Source: the human T2T-CHM13v2.0 reference genome, Homo sapiens
Length of the DNA stretch: 64,000 nt
Strand: one strand, 5' to 3'
Assembly: GCF_009914755.1 (NCBI RefSeq)
Contig: NC_060925.1
Shown here: positions 14,995-33,774 of the stretch, one piece after another
Position numbering within the stretch: position 1 is the stretch's first letter
Layout of the letters: every line of letters starts with the position of its first letter
Position numbers and translations under genes: made by a program
The notes under the pieces: generated by a model
Told to the model about the DNA's origin: nothing
Seen by the model: the letters and a program-made list of their open reading frames with translations, nothing else
Databases searched by the model: none

Positions 14995-16419
14995 TGAGGG
15001 TTATTCCTCAAACACCTGAGGGCATCAATCCCAGTTGTGTACCCAGAGTGGGTGATTGACCACTACAAGCTGTACTTTTGCCAGGATTCCATTACTTCTG
15101 ACCGTGTAAGCTCCCGCAGTAATGGAAGTGGCCATGTGGAAGCTGTGGGTCTCTGGAAATCAGTGTCTCCTCAGACCCTGTGTCCTGTGGCCCTCGAGAC
15201 ATCTGAGTATTTCCCTTTTGCACTATACAGTCTACTGAGTGATGGCTGCAGGTTTCTTTGTAGAAGGACTAGGGGAAACATTACAGTGTATCCTTGCTAC
15301 CATGTTTCAGGGTCCTTCCTCACAGGGATGCAATTCCTTTGGTCAGGGGGTCCTGGATCTGAAATTGGCTCAGTTCTGGGAACTGATCAAGGAATCATGA
15401 TTTTCTATAGAGCAGCCACCTGTAGCCTCCTGTTTTCCCACTCTTGCCCTTTTCTGTGGTCATAGAGGTTGAGCAGCACACTTGTCATTTGCCCCTAAGG
15501 ATGCTATGCTCCACTAACCATCTCCACAATCCGCTGAGAGTCAGGCCTCCTTGGCTGCCCCTTGGCTTTTTGGTTATTATGGTAATTGTGGTACCCGGGC
15601 TTCTGGTCATTGAGCTTTACCACTTGGACCCTATTATTTAGGATCCTATCATCCCAGTGGATTTTAATGAGCCCAGCTCTGCAACCTCTTCCTACAGAGA
15701 AGAGCTCCAACTGCACTGTTCAGTGATGCTGATACCCCTCTTCCTGATGCATTCTTTATGGCCTCTGGGTGGGGCCTCTGGGAACTTCCATGGATAATCC
15801 TTTGCTCAGTTTTTCTGGACTCACACAATGCATGCTGGTGTGCCTACTTCTCTCAGCTTCCACATTCCTTCCTCTTCCATCTGCCAGGGCAACCCCAGCA
15901 CACCTACTCCTCTTTAAATTGGCTATCACTCAGAAGAGACCTATAAGAGAAGAGCCTCTTCCTGAATCGCTCCACTACATGGTAGCTAATTCTTGCATCA
16001 CCTTCCATATATGATCTCTTACCCCTTTTCAGGCCTAGCACTTCCCTAGCTGGGTCTTCCAGGGATGTCTCCTTAATTGTTGTCCTATTGTCCTGCAGCC
16101 AAGAGAAGAGCTGGTAGCTTCTGAGGGGGCGGGCCATTTGTTGCAAGGTGTGATGGTGTTCACACCAGGACATTTTTACTAAAGATATCACCTGAGCTAA
16201 CCTGATAAAATGTGCTGGTGTGGATGCCGTCACAGCTGGTGTGGACACCAGGATATTTTATCAGATTAGCTCTAGTGATGTCTTCAGCAATCACATAGCC
16301 ACCGTGTGCCAGAGACTGCCCATGCCCCACATTCCCACACAGGACAGGGGGCCGGTAAGAGAACCTGTCCCAGAACTCCATCTCAGTCCCGGTTCTCGCA
16401 GACTACTTGTGCTCCTGCT
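14995..16419 (-). mobile_element. Degenerate ERVL-class internal sequence (HERV16/ERV3-16A3-like leader and gag remnant)
   Basis: GC-richer block contiguous with the LTR-like segment; no intact ORF; family call is tentative. Confidence 0.45.
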
Positions 16420-16844
16420 GTTAGTTCAGGTTCTACAAAAAGCAAGTGCCAAGATTGGATTTATTTGGAAAAACAGGAAGGGAGCCAGAGGAAGCTGGGA
16501 CAGCTGTTAGACCTGATGCAGGTCCAACCTCCATGGAGGAGAGGGAAGGAAGGAAGGCTGGGTGAGAAAAGTCTTGGACTGCAGTGCAATTATAAGAAAG
16601 TTTTGTCGAAGCCAATGGGGAGTCCTTGAGCCAAAGTCCCCTTTAGAGGAGTCTTGTGTCTGTAGGATTGCACTTGTATCAGTATTCTTGCAGCTCACTC
16701 ACTACCCTGAAACAAACCTAGACCTCCGTGCAAATGAAGTGATTGGTTTCAGAGCATGGCAGCCAAGGCCCTTGGCCAACTTTTTTTTCCTGCAATTGGA
16801 AATGTGGAAGATCTGAAAGGTGTGTACCTTTCAGATGGTACACA
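16420..16844 (-). mobile_element. LTR16-family LTR (ERVL)
   Basis: Minus strand starts TGTG...cagatcttcc and ends gaacctgaactaac, resembling LTR16 termini. Confidence 0.55.
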
Positions 16845-17019
16845 TCTGATGCTATGGAAATGATACATTTCATTTCGTTTAATTTTAATGTCTACCTTTA
16901 AATTAACAATATTTATTTAACATCTTTGTCCCTTTTCCAGATAATATAACACGTTCAAATTACCTAATTTTTATTGCCACCATTCTACAAATTGTTGACC
17001 AATAATTTAGGTCTGTCTG

Positions 17020-18330
17020 TTTTATTTTTGTGAAAGATGGGAGATCGGATGTCTATGTTTATGTTCATTTTTTCTTAGAATGGACATCAAATTTTCCAAC
17101 ACCGTTTGTTGAAAAAACTATTCTTTCTCCATTGAGTTGCCTTTGTTCCTTTGTCAAAAAATAGTTGACTATATTTGTTTTGTGGGGGGTGTGGGTTTGG
17201 CCTGGCAATAAATATTTTAATTTTTCTTGTTTCATTTTTTATTATGACCAATAATTTTCAAGTTTATTTCCTTGTTTGTTTAAATACAAATCTAAACCAC
17301 AAGCAGGTACAACCAAGACATTTTATCTCATATTTACACTCCTGTCAGATCCTCTTCCAATTTGATGACCACTGACCAGGCTAGCAGGGGATGGGAGAAC
17401 ATTTTCTTAGGTAGCAGTGTTGTGAGGCCTGTGGTGGGGGTGGGGGAAATCAAGGACAAGGACAGGCTCTCATACCTGTTTCCACATTTACCTGGGACCA
17501 GGATGGGCAGGAGACACCAGGTCATGGCTCCTGAGCACCAGCTTCCTGGTTTGAAGAGGCAGAGAGTGAGAACTGGACCTGCATGGGGAGAGAGGAGAGA
17601 GCCACCTACTCCTCCTGCAGTTGGCTATATTTTTATGAGTCTACTGGGCACTCTGTTCTACAGTTTCATTGATCTGTCTGTCTGTTCTTTTGCCAGTACC
17701 ATGCTGTCTTGATTACTATAGCTTTATAGTAACTCTTGAAGTCAGATAGTATCAGTCCTCCAACATCATTTTGCAGTATGGTGTTGGCTATTCCAGATCT
17801 TTTGCTTTTCCATATAAATTTTAGAATCAATTGTTGATATCTACAAAATAACTCATTAGGAAAGTGATTGGGATTGAAATGAGTCAATAAATCAAGTTGG
17901 GAAGAACTGACGTCTTGACTACTGAGTCTACCTATTCATGAACATGGAGTATCTCTTTATTTAGTTCTTCTTTCCAAAAATTGATTTCTTTCATCTGAGT
18001 TTTGTGGTTTTCCTCATATAGATCTTGTACACATTTTGTTAGGTTTATACCTTAGTATTTTATTTTTTGGTGATACTGTAAGTTATATAATTTTTATTTC
18101 AAGTTTTAATTATTCAGTGCTGGTATATGGGAAAGCAGTTGAGTTTTGTATATTGACTTGTGTCCTGCAACCTTGCTATATTTGTGTATTAGCTCCGGGA
18201 GTTATTTTGTAGATTCCTTGGCATTTTCTACATAGACGTATTAGTCTTCAAATAGGGACAGTTGTATTTCTTTCTTTCCAATGTGTATATCTTTTATTTC
18301 CTTTTTTGTCTTATTGCAATAAATATAAGA
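17020..18330 (-). mobile_element. Old L1M ORF2 fragment split by a ~440-bp insertion
   Basis: Minus ORF LILKFIWKSKRSGIANTILQNDVGGLILSDFKSYYKAIVIKTAWYWQKNRQTDQ is L1 ORF2-like; homology resumes left of 17176. Confidence 0.88.
17177..17618 (-). pseudogene. Probable 5'-truncated retrocopy of an mRNA 3' end (parent not identified)
   Basis: 14-bp TSD agttg(a/g)ctatattt; AATAAA/ATTAAA signals near the minus-strand 3' end; decayed A/C-rich tail. Confidence 0.65.
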
Positions 18331-20489
18331 CAAATATACGCTGACTATAATGGTCTGATTCCTAATTTTAGGAACTTTTCTTAGTTACTTGATCTTTGGG
18401 ATCAGCATGGGTCTCAGCTTACATTGTCCCTCAAGGCCAGTCAGTACCTGAAAATGTGTCACTTAGATTTTCAAACTTCTCTTCCACCTTTTGTATGAAC
18501 TAATACTTGTTCTTGGGTTGAATTACCTTTTTTTCTAAGAGCAGTTGGCTGCTCTGAGGTCACAATTACCCTGAAGGTGTAAGTACCACAGTTCTTCATT
18601 TCAAGATAAAAGAAATGCCAGTTTATCCTCTTACCATTCTGAATTCCTCTGATTTTTTCATTGCCTGCAACAAACTGAGTGTTGGCATAAAAATATCTTT
18701 GTGCTTTTTAGAAGACATGGAGGATCCCTCAAAGGCTTTTTTAATAATAAGTGAAAGGGGATTTATTCTTCCTTATTGGAGTAATAAAATTTGTTACACT
18801 TTATGTAAGTTCCTATGGAGGGTGGGGGAAGGAGGTGGAAATGAAGACGATGATTTAGGATTCCAAAAATTAAAGTTACTTGTGGAAGGCTTTAACTGAA
18901 AATAGATCTTCCTCTTGAGATTTTAGTTTGTTCTGAAGAATAATATTACAAAATCCAACACTGCACAATAAAAAACGCAAAAGCAATGGAAGATTTATGA
19001 TGATGTTCCTTTGCAGTTCGTTTAAACTGGTATGCTCTCTTGGCCTCGTCTGTCATACTGAGAGGCTTTATGATCTTGGTTCTGCCTATATGGATTAAAT
19101 TAAGTTATACATGTGCAATTCTCATTCTGCCTGTAAAGTCTCATTTGGTACTCAGCCTTTTTTGCTGTACTCCCAAAGGACAATGATATTGGGAGAAGAA
19201 AGTAGAGGAAAACATCACAGAAGAACCAGAGAGAAAGGCAGAGACCCCCAGGGTGTATTTAGATTGGGCCAGAACTGAATTGCTGACTCGCCAAAAGGCC
19301 AGTCCAATCATAGATGTGTGCATAAGAAAAGACCTCACGAGTCCCTTCATGTCTACCCTTCAACATAAACATCACAGTGTCTCAAAATAGCCAGAACTGC
19401 TGCATTGACAGTTGAGATAGGGAGGGAGGACATTGGTCCCAAGGCTGGTTGGCATTCACAATAGAGGGAGAGGAAATTAATAAATGATCTGTTCCTGTCT
19501 ACACAAAGCTTGGACACCCCAACAGAACATAAAAACAACTCAGATCTGAATCGTGATGTTAGTTTTACTGATAACTACAGGTATGTTTGTGGTGGGAGGA
19601 AAGGGAGGTTGAATTAAACAAATTTATTTCTTTCAGCATGTCTCTTTGCTTAACTGTTGATTCTGATACGTCTGTTAAACAGGTGGCAGGAAGCTCTGTG
19701 TCTGTGTATACATACATAGGTGTACATGAGCAACATGTCATGAAATATGAAATAGAGTCATATGAAAGAGTCAAAACTAAAGGATATAATTTCTGATTGT
19801 CCATCTTTTATGTGATTCCAGGGAAAAAGATTATATTTTTATTTCCATATAAATAAAATGAGAAATTCTCTTGGCAGTAGCTACTGCAGACTTTCTTCTG
19901 AGCCAAGTGAGATAGACTCTATAGATAAGTAAGGAGAAATGGGTAAGGGTGATCAAGTCACTGTGGCACTGGCTTGCTGTACTCTTGGAAACCAGACATA
20001 TTGACATCAGTTTTAATTTATATAAATGCCATGAGTTATCTCATAATTATGTGGGGATATGGGAATGAGGGAAAGGAATTGCTTTCCTTAACTTCTCTGT
20101 ATGAAGAATAGATTCCTTGTCTTATCACACTCCAAATACACCAGGATGGCTAAAGAAGGCTCTTTTATTTCTGGCTGCCACACTGATAACAGAACCTTCA
20201 CTCGTAGACCTTACTGTGGACCTGGCATCCCCATAAGGATGCTCACAGGTGTCTGATTGGGTAGGAAGTACTGTCATTCTTTTATAAATGGGGAACAAAG
20301 CTCAAAAAAGTTATGTCGACAAAGCTCCACCACTCTGGGTTAGAGACAGAACTAAATCTTAGTTATCCATATTCAAAGTCCACAGAAGACATGGCTTGAG
20401 GTTAATAGACTGCTTCTAATACGTAGTCAAAAAATTTGCCTCCAGAAATGTCTAGGCCCCTTGTTCAGGAGACAGTCATTCTTTAAGTA

Positions 20490-20767
20490 AACATTCTTCA
20501 AACAACTCCTGTGTGCCAAGCATTGTTCAGGTGCCTGAGAATAAAGCCATGAACATAAATGCTAAAAATTCCTTAAAGAGGTTAAATCCTAGTGGAGGGA
20601 GAGCCATAGTTATCACACATAGAAAATATCTTGTGTTTCTGATGGCGGTCAGTGCTGTAGAGAAAAGGAAGGAATATTCAGGGGTGGCTGTTGTGGAAGG
20701 TTGGGCCAAGTGTTCAGCTTTTACTTTGGCTTCTCATGAGGATCTCACTAAGCAAGGATTTGAATGA

Positions 20768-20803
<36 letters not shown>

Positions 20804-20900
20804 GTGAGACACTTGGGTGAAGAGCATTCCAGGCAGATGAAAAACAAGTATGGCATCAAAACGTCATGCTCTGTGAGGCCAGAATGACAGAAGCGAAAAC
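20490..20900 (-). mobile_element. L2 fragment containing a (GA)n microsatellite at ~20771-20801
   Basis: ctcctgtgtgccaagcattgttcaggtgcctgaga...gaagagcattccaggcagatg resembles a reverse L2 3' end. Confidence 0.6.
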
Positions 20901-22274
20901 TCGGTAGGTAAAGATGGGATATTACTGCTCTAGTTGGAATGGGAAGCCTCTCTGGCATCAGCTAGCCAAAAGTAAAGTAAAAACACTTATGATTCTGAAA
21001 GTCAGCTCATCTTTAGCTTACTCCCCCCACCCCAGTTGCTTTTGTGGATCCATTCTTTTTTTCTATACTCAGAATCATTTCCGGAGCTACCTGCCACACA
21101 TCAAAAGGTGCTCTCTTAGGTTGTTTAGATATGCTTCTGGTTGTCGTAGAATAAACATGAGACAGTGCTTATCATTTTCTGAACAGGATCATGAAAGGGT
21201 TTACCCTGATCAGGAAAGGGTTTCTCCTTCTTGAAGCATATATTTGGTAAGCAGAGAAACTGTTGAGAAGGAGATCCAAGATTGAGAGCATATGGTAATG
21301 TCTGCCAGCACGTGAACCTGAGGGAGAACGTGGTGAATGGCTTTGTTCTGTACCTTGACTCTTTGATTTGTTGACCCATTAGGAATGTTTTTCAAGAAAG
21401 TCATCAACCAGAGCTTACACTTTTCTTTGTCTTCACTCTGCCATGAGTAGTGCCTGGCATATAGTTACTACCTGCTCCCTGATGAATAAGGGCAAAGCTG
21501 TAGTGCCCTCTTCTAAGACTACAACAGAGTAAACACCACTAAAATTACTGGACTTTAATTCAAGATTTTAAATAATACTTGAACGAGAGTAAATCCTGCT
21601 CATAGATGGGAAATAACTATTGGTAATACCACAGTATGCTATTTAAATAGTGTTTCATTTGCAGAGAATATGCTTCTCCAAAGAGATCATAACTTGTGGC
21701 AAGAAAATGCTATTTTAGGATAATTACTAGCACCTCTTTTGGTTGTAATAAAAACCAAATTTTGAGTCATTCTTTATGTGCACAATTCCCAGACAGAGAA
21801 TTGCCTTAAAAACAGATGAGAAGTTGAAAAGAATATAAAATAGTTCTCGGTTTGTGGTATGGCCTCTTTTCAAGTAAAAAAAATCAAAGCTGTCTATTTT
21901 TATTATCTGTGGAACATAAGTCATCGTCAAAAACAATATCCAGTAGAAGTCTTTAAAGCAATATTCTACCCTCTTAAAAATATTTCTAGAATGCCATTTT
22001 AAAAGATGTGTATAGCTATTACTTTGTGGTACCAATGTTGTGTGTATATGCACTTGTGATTTTTAAAAATATTACTCTATTATGGAAAAGTTAAAATATG
22101 TGCAAAGGTGAACAGAATAGTACAGTGACCCTCCATTTTATCCATCACTCAACTTCAACAACTATCAATTTGTAGTCAATTTGGTTTCCTCTATAACCCT
22201 ACCCGCTTGCCTCCTCCCATATTGTTTTTGAAGGAAATCCCCAACAGATATAATTTCATCCATATATATTTTAG

Positions 22275-22605
<331 letters not shown>

Positions 22606-22758
22606 CAAGATACCCTTGTTAAAAGAAAGCATATTCACCACCAGTTTCACTCCTAAAAAATGATTAGGCCCTAATATCACCAAATACCAAGTCATTGTTC
22701 AAAAATTCAATTAGTTCATGTATGTTACAACTGATTTTATATATATATATATATATGG

Positions 22759-23068
<310 letters not shown>

Positions 23069-23797
23069 ACAACTGATTTTATTTTGGTTACAGTTTGTTT
23101 TGAGCAGGATATAGAGAAACGCCAACCATTATAAGTAGATGATATCTCTTACATTTTCACAATAGGTGCCCCTATGACACTTTTTTCTACTTAAAATTGA
23201 TTCGTTGAAGAAATGAGATCATTTGTTCTATAGAGTTTCTCTACAGTATGGATTTTCCTGATTCTATCTCAGTGTTGTAGTTTCACACGATCCTCTGTCT
23301 TGTATTTCTTTTAGATAGGTAGTTAGCTCTAGATACTCGATCAGCTTCAGGTTTGAATATTTTGGCAAAATTACTTTATAGGTGGTATGGTGTGTTCTAC
23401 CAAGAGGAAGCCTGACATATTCAGTTGTCCATTTTTGTGATGTCACCAGCCTTTGGGAATCAGTGTCTATATGTTTTAACTCCTTATAATTTGTAAAATG
23501 GTGACTTTTTATTTTGTTCTCAGTTATTCCGTGAAATACTTTTTCTTTAAAGAAAAACTTTTCCTTATTTGGCATAGAGTTATTCAATTGTGTGTTTCTT
23601 ATACAGGAAATGCAGGATTCTTTCCTTTAGTTTACCAATTTTCAAAATAATGAGCGGTGTCGCTAGCACCTTCCACCAAAAATGAAGAAATCTTCTTTTT
23701 TCCTTAAGCGTTGTAATGAACTCATAGAATTAAACATATTTGATGTGTTTTACTCTTTTGCAATTATTATTGTTACTGATCTCCAAAACATTTCGCC

Positions 23798-24090
23798 TTT
23801 TTTTTTTTTTAAATACAGAGTTTCACTCTGTTGCCCAGGCTAGAGAGTACAATGGTAAGATCATGGCTTACTGCAACCTTAACCCCCTGGGCTCAAGCAA
23901 TCCTCCCACCCCACCCTCCCAAGTAGCTGGGCAGGTGCACACCACCACACCTGGCAAATTTTGTATTTTGTGTAGAGATGAGGTCTTGCTATGTTGCTCA
24001 GGCTGGTCTCAAACTCCTGGCTTGAAGTGATCCTCTTGCCTTGGCATCCTTAAGTGTTGCAACTGCAGACATGAGCCACTGCACCTGGCT
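23798..24090 (-). mobile_element. AluJ
   Basis: Diverged reverse Alu with gggctcaagcaatcctccc and gaggtcttgctatgttgc. Confidence 0.88.
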
Positions 24091-24240
24091 AAAATGTTCC
24101 ATCTTTAAGTTCACCTTGAGTCCTTTTGACATGACCTTCTCTGCTATCTTCTTGGATATGACACTCCAGGTTCATTTTGAACAGTTTTTTTCCTCGAGAC
24201 CTGGATTGAGCCATTTCTCCAGGCAGCTCTGGATCTTTAA

Positions 24241-24432
24241 TACATTGTGGAATGGCTAAATTGAGCTAGTTAACATATGCATTACCTTACATACTTACCA
24301 GCTTTTGTAGTGAGAACACTTTAAATCTACTGTATTAATTTACAAGAATACAACATATTGTTAACTATTATTACTGTGTTGTATAATAGAGCTCTTGAAC
24401 TTATCTTTCCTGTCAAACTAACATTTTGAATC
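24241..24432 (-). mobile_element. L1MA-type 3' end fragment
   Basis: tacattgtggaatggctaaattgagcta...gtgagaacactttaaatctact. Confidence 0.7.
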
Positions 24433-25029
24433 ATTTTTGTTATGATGTTTCTGTTCCATTGCCTTGATTGTCTTCAGTACAGGAGGCTTTTATAATACAC
24501 ATATAGGAATTTCTTGTCTTCCATACTTACAACTTTCTCTTAAATCTTTTTTTAAAATTTCTCTTTGATTTAAAAACTTTTCCTTATTTTATTTCTGTTT
24601 TCATTAAGACATTAGCTGTTGTACTTATTAACTCTTGTGTTACTTCTAATTCAGTTTTCATGTGTGAGATGATCATTTTAAATTTCAGATTCTTTACTAA
24701 GTTCTTGTACCTTATGTCTGAGTTTTTAAAATTTTGAGTTTTGTTTTCATAGCCTTTATCATTTTATTAATATCTTTTAGCCTGTTTTAAAACACTAGGC
24801 AACAGTCTTTATCTGTTCAGTAGACATGTCGTCTTCCTGGCATGTTTGTTTGATAGACATGTCTTTCTCTCATTGGTCTGCAGAGCCATTATTTTGCTCC
24901 TGTTTTCTTTCAATAAGTTTGTTTAGGAACCATTTGCAATCTCCTGTATTCCGTCTTTTCATCTCCTTATTGTTCTTTCTTTCCCACTTCTCTTTCTCTC
25001 TCTCTCTGTTTTTCTTCCTCCTTTCTTGG

Positions 25030-28870
<3,841 letters not shown>

Positions 28871-30056
28871 GTATTTTCATCTTGCTTATTTTTATTTGGA
28901 ATTAATTTTACTGAAATGTTAGGAGAAATAGATGCGTGAGGAAAACATTTCTAACTTTAGTGCTCTAGAGTTTCCTCTTTTGTTTCTTTTGCACAATGAT
29001 AAGTGCATTTTACTTGCATTTTCTATTTTCTTTGTTCTTGAGTTTTTCCTGCACAATTTGAATTCCACTCTCAGCATTTTCTCTCAACGCAGAGCTTAGC
29101 CCTAAAAGGGAGTTTTCTCTTGGGTCAGTACTAAGAGTTCATACAGCTCAGACTGCTTCCAGTCCTTTCAGAAGTTACTATACATCCTTTCTTCTGTTCC
29201 ATGCATTCAATTGTGTAAAACATCTTCCAGTTTCAGCACAGTTCTCAGGTTAGCCCTGACCCTTTTCAGGAATACCTTTTTGTAATTTGAGGGTTCTTCC
29301 TGCTTTTAGGAGAGATTTCCTGTTGCTTCCCTCTGCTTCCTCCTATACAGATGATGTTACCAGGTGGGTTTTATGTCGTGAGGAGTTTGTCCTTAGCTGT
29401 AATTTTGAGTTTCGTTGGGGACGTTAGATACCTAGGTCTTTGTAGGTCTGTTAGCTTTGATTTTTAATATTAGTTGCTCTTTCCATTTTTGTGTGGGATT
29501 CAGAGAAATTCCAAAATGGTCCTGCTTCTGTAGCTATCATTTTAGAGCTCTGCAGGTACCTCGATTCCATTGCAGAGAAGTATATTTGTACTGTCTAATG
29601 TTTGTAACAAAAGACGTGTGGTGTTGATCTTTTCAAAAAAGGACCATTTAAGAATCCAGACCACAGGGATGTTGATTGTTCAGTGACATCTGGAGTTATC
29701 TGTTATTATAATCATGCATTTTTTTAAATAACTGAACATCTTTTAACTACTACCTCTTCATGTGCCAGGGTCATTTCGAGGGAGTCTCACAGAAAAGCCT
29801 GTGTAGTAAGGAAGGTCCTAGGTAAGATGTCTGTCTTTTTGTAGTGAATCCTGTATTGGTATATGGTGGCTGGGATCCTCCAGATTTCAGATTTAAAAGA
29901 AGGAAATAATTCAGAAAAGATGGAATTTACCCCTCCCACCCACCACCCAAGTGGGTCTCTTTCGTGTTATGCAAGTTTGAATTCACTGAGGGCTACCTAA
30001 TGCCGGACAGGATTACATAACCAAAAATGCCTCTGGCATAAAAGATACCTTGATAA

Positions 30057-30411
<355 letters not shown>

Positions 30412-30769
30412 CTGCTTGTTTTTTTTTTTAAAGTATTTACACTTTCTTTCAGGGAGTACTAGTGTACAGCTGAGACAGCACTCGTGATCCTCAGATAATT
30501 CTTCTGGACACTCTACGTCACATACTCAAGTACACTTATTCTTTCACCATGGCCACATCCAAAGAAATAGCTACCAGCGAAAGTTTCTTTTTATTGTGAC
30601 TCATGCCAATAATAAGGTTCACATTTGACTTTAAATCAATTGTTGGATACTCATTTGGCTCACAGGTTCATAAAGTTTTATGCAAAGAACATTTTTATTG
30701 AAAAATTTTTGCCTCTTATAAAGTGAATACATATATTACTACTTCAGTTTATAACTTGCAAGGTACTTT

Positions 30770-31320
30770 TATTTAATCTTCATGACAACCTTGAAAAGCA
30801 ACCACTTACAGATGAAAAAAACTGAGGCTCAGAAGTTAAATTAACTGCCTAAATCTATGTGCTTTATATAACAGAGCCAAGAAGAAATTATTGAATAATC
30901 AGAATAATTATCACTAGTATCAGAAGCTTTTGTGCCTACTGGTAACTAAAAAAAAAAAAATCTTCAGAGAACATGATCACATGAGAATCTGTTAATAAAT
31001 CAGCCCCAATTGAATTAGATATAATTTAGAGAATACTTTTAGGAAATATATATTTATATTTATTTAATATGCAATATAAAATATATAGCATATGTAATAT
31101 AACATATGTAATATAAAATACATTTGTTTTGTGTTGACACATTCAACAAACACTTTGGCAATTCATTTTTACCCATTGGACTTCAGAACAACTGTTGATG
31201 ATAATCTCTGTTTTACAGTAGAAAAGCTGAGGCACAATGATGTTAAATGGTTTGCTCATATAGCTGGTCATAGAGGCAGGATTCAATATTCCATGTCTTC
31301 TCATTCTAAATCTTACATTC
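30770..31320 (-). mobile_element. Two MIR fragments (~30770-30880 and ~31170-31320)
   Basis: ttacagatgaaaaaaactgaggctcagaagttaaattaactgcc; ttttacagtagaaaagctgaggcacaatgatgttaaatgg. Confidence 0.65.
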
Positions 31321-32076
31321 TTTGCTTTTGATACCATACTACCTCGTGATAAAACTTTCAGAATGTTGCAAGATAACTGACTGGGTGAACTAGCTATTGC
31401 GACTTACATATGGCTACCCAAACAGGTGGGCTTGCTCTGAAATAATCAGTTTTATGAAGTTCAAAGACCAGAGCAATGATGAAAATGAATAAATGGATAG
31501 AAAAGACTTGAGACCTAACTTCAGCCTAACAGGTCATACATTCTTTTTAGGTATATAAGGAAAATGACCAGTTTTCCGAGAAGGCATGTATGTGTTTATG
31601 TTATCAGTTTTAATAAAATATGACCCAGATATGTCTTAGACTCTGTGTGTTCTCTGCCATCTACTCTCCGGGCAGTTCTGATGCCATCAACACATTCCGC
31701 CAGGTGCATTCTAACGTCATTACCATAGCCCGTGGCAGCCAGATCCTCACATAGCGTATGCACTTCACAGCCTGACTCTTTCTCAGGTTTAATTGACTGT
31801 ACTCTGTCATTTTTCTAGTAGGCTAACTAAGGAGAAAAACATAATACCTGAGATCCACACATTTGATTAAATCAGTCTTGTCGTCTCTGCCTAGAGCTTA
31901 AAAAGCTGATATCCTGGGAATCTTGCTGCTCAGAGACAGCCATAGGCAAGTTTAAACACAGAGCAGATTAGTCATACATTGGTAACCCACAGTCAAGAGT
32001 AGCTGTGAATGTTTGTTTTTACGTGTGAATGCTCTGACTCTTTTATCTCCTGAGCAAATTCACCTTAAAGATCTCA

Positions 32077-32300
<224 letters not shown>

Positions 32301-32855
32301 TCAGCTATGGCAAGCTGAATACACACAGAGATATGTGTAAGTGTATATGTTAGGGTATGTATGTTTATATATGTATATATATACTTTTGTCACTGAGCAA
32401 AATCAAGTTGCCTTTGATATTTCTACTTCAGAGTAGATCAAACTTGAGTTTTTGTGGAGCAGAAATAGTGCTGGCCCCAGGCCAGAGAAAGAAAGAAAAG
32501 ACAAGCTTATTTGCATGCCACTCCTTTGCAGCATCTCTGACCTTTCTCTAACCAGTTCTCTTGCCACGCGTTATCGACTGTATTGGTCAGGATTCTTCTC
32601 AGGGCATCACTCATGGGACTGGAAGACTTTTGTGAAGTCAGAAACCTACCATTTACTAGTGGTATGTTCTTTGTCAAATAACCACTTTGAAACTCTTCTG
32701 AGCTCCATATAGCTGTAATATGAAGCAGCCTCTGAGTGGCACCTTCTGAAAACTGGCCCTGAGCAATCTACCGTCAAAGTCCTGGCTGCCATATTGGTCT
32801 CTACTCAATGATAGCACTGTAGTCTCTGATAGGAGACTTTGTCAGCATCTCTTGC

Positions 32856-33177
<322 letters not shown>

Positions 33178-33615
33178 TTATTCCTTCTAACAATGTAGGA
33201 AGGCAAATAGTGTATAAGCAATATAATATAGATATGGACTACATACTAGTTTGGGGACACATGGTTAATATTTCATTTGTTTAGGGTTTAGAAAGAAAGT
33301 ATAGGCCCGCCACTTTCAATATGTCTCATCTTGATGACAAGTTCATTTCTGGAGTATGTCCAACACAGAGTGATTAATTTTGAAATAGAATTGGTCAAGG
33401 GGTAGTTATTAGTATGTGGAGGATTCTCGTCAGTTGCTGCTGTCTGTATCCAAAACTCTTAACCTTAAACCATAAGAGAGCTACCGTTGGTGCTTGAAGA
33501 GCTTGAGTCCTCTTGGTAATAATAATTGTGCGTGAATAAAATCAGCATTTGGATAGAGAAAGAATATCCCATATTGGAAAGTAATCATGGCTTTTATGCT
33601 TTTGTGTGTGTATGA

Positions 33616-33774
<159 letters not shown>

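Noticed and set aside
15037-16816. ORF cluster as a functional retroviral gene
   Set aside because: The ORFs are short, lie on both strands and lack recognisable gag/pol motifs; consistent with a decayed ERVL remnant.
19178-19390. Purine-rich stretch after a possible acceptor (tttttgctgtactcccaaag) as a cryptic exon
   Set aside because: No recognisable protein similarity, stops in every frame and no convincing donor.
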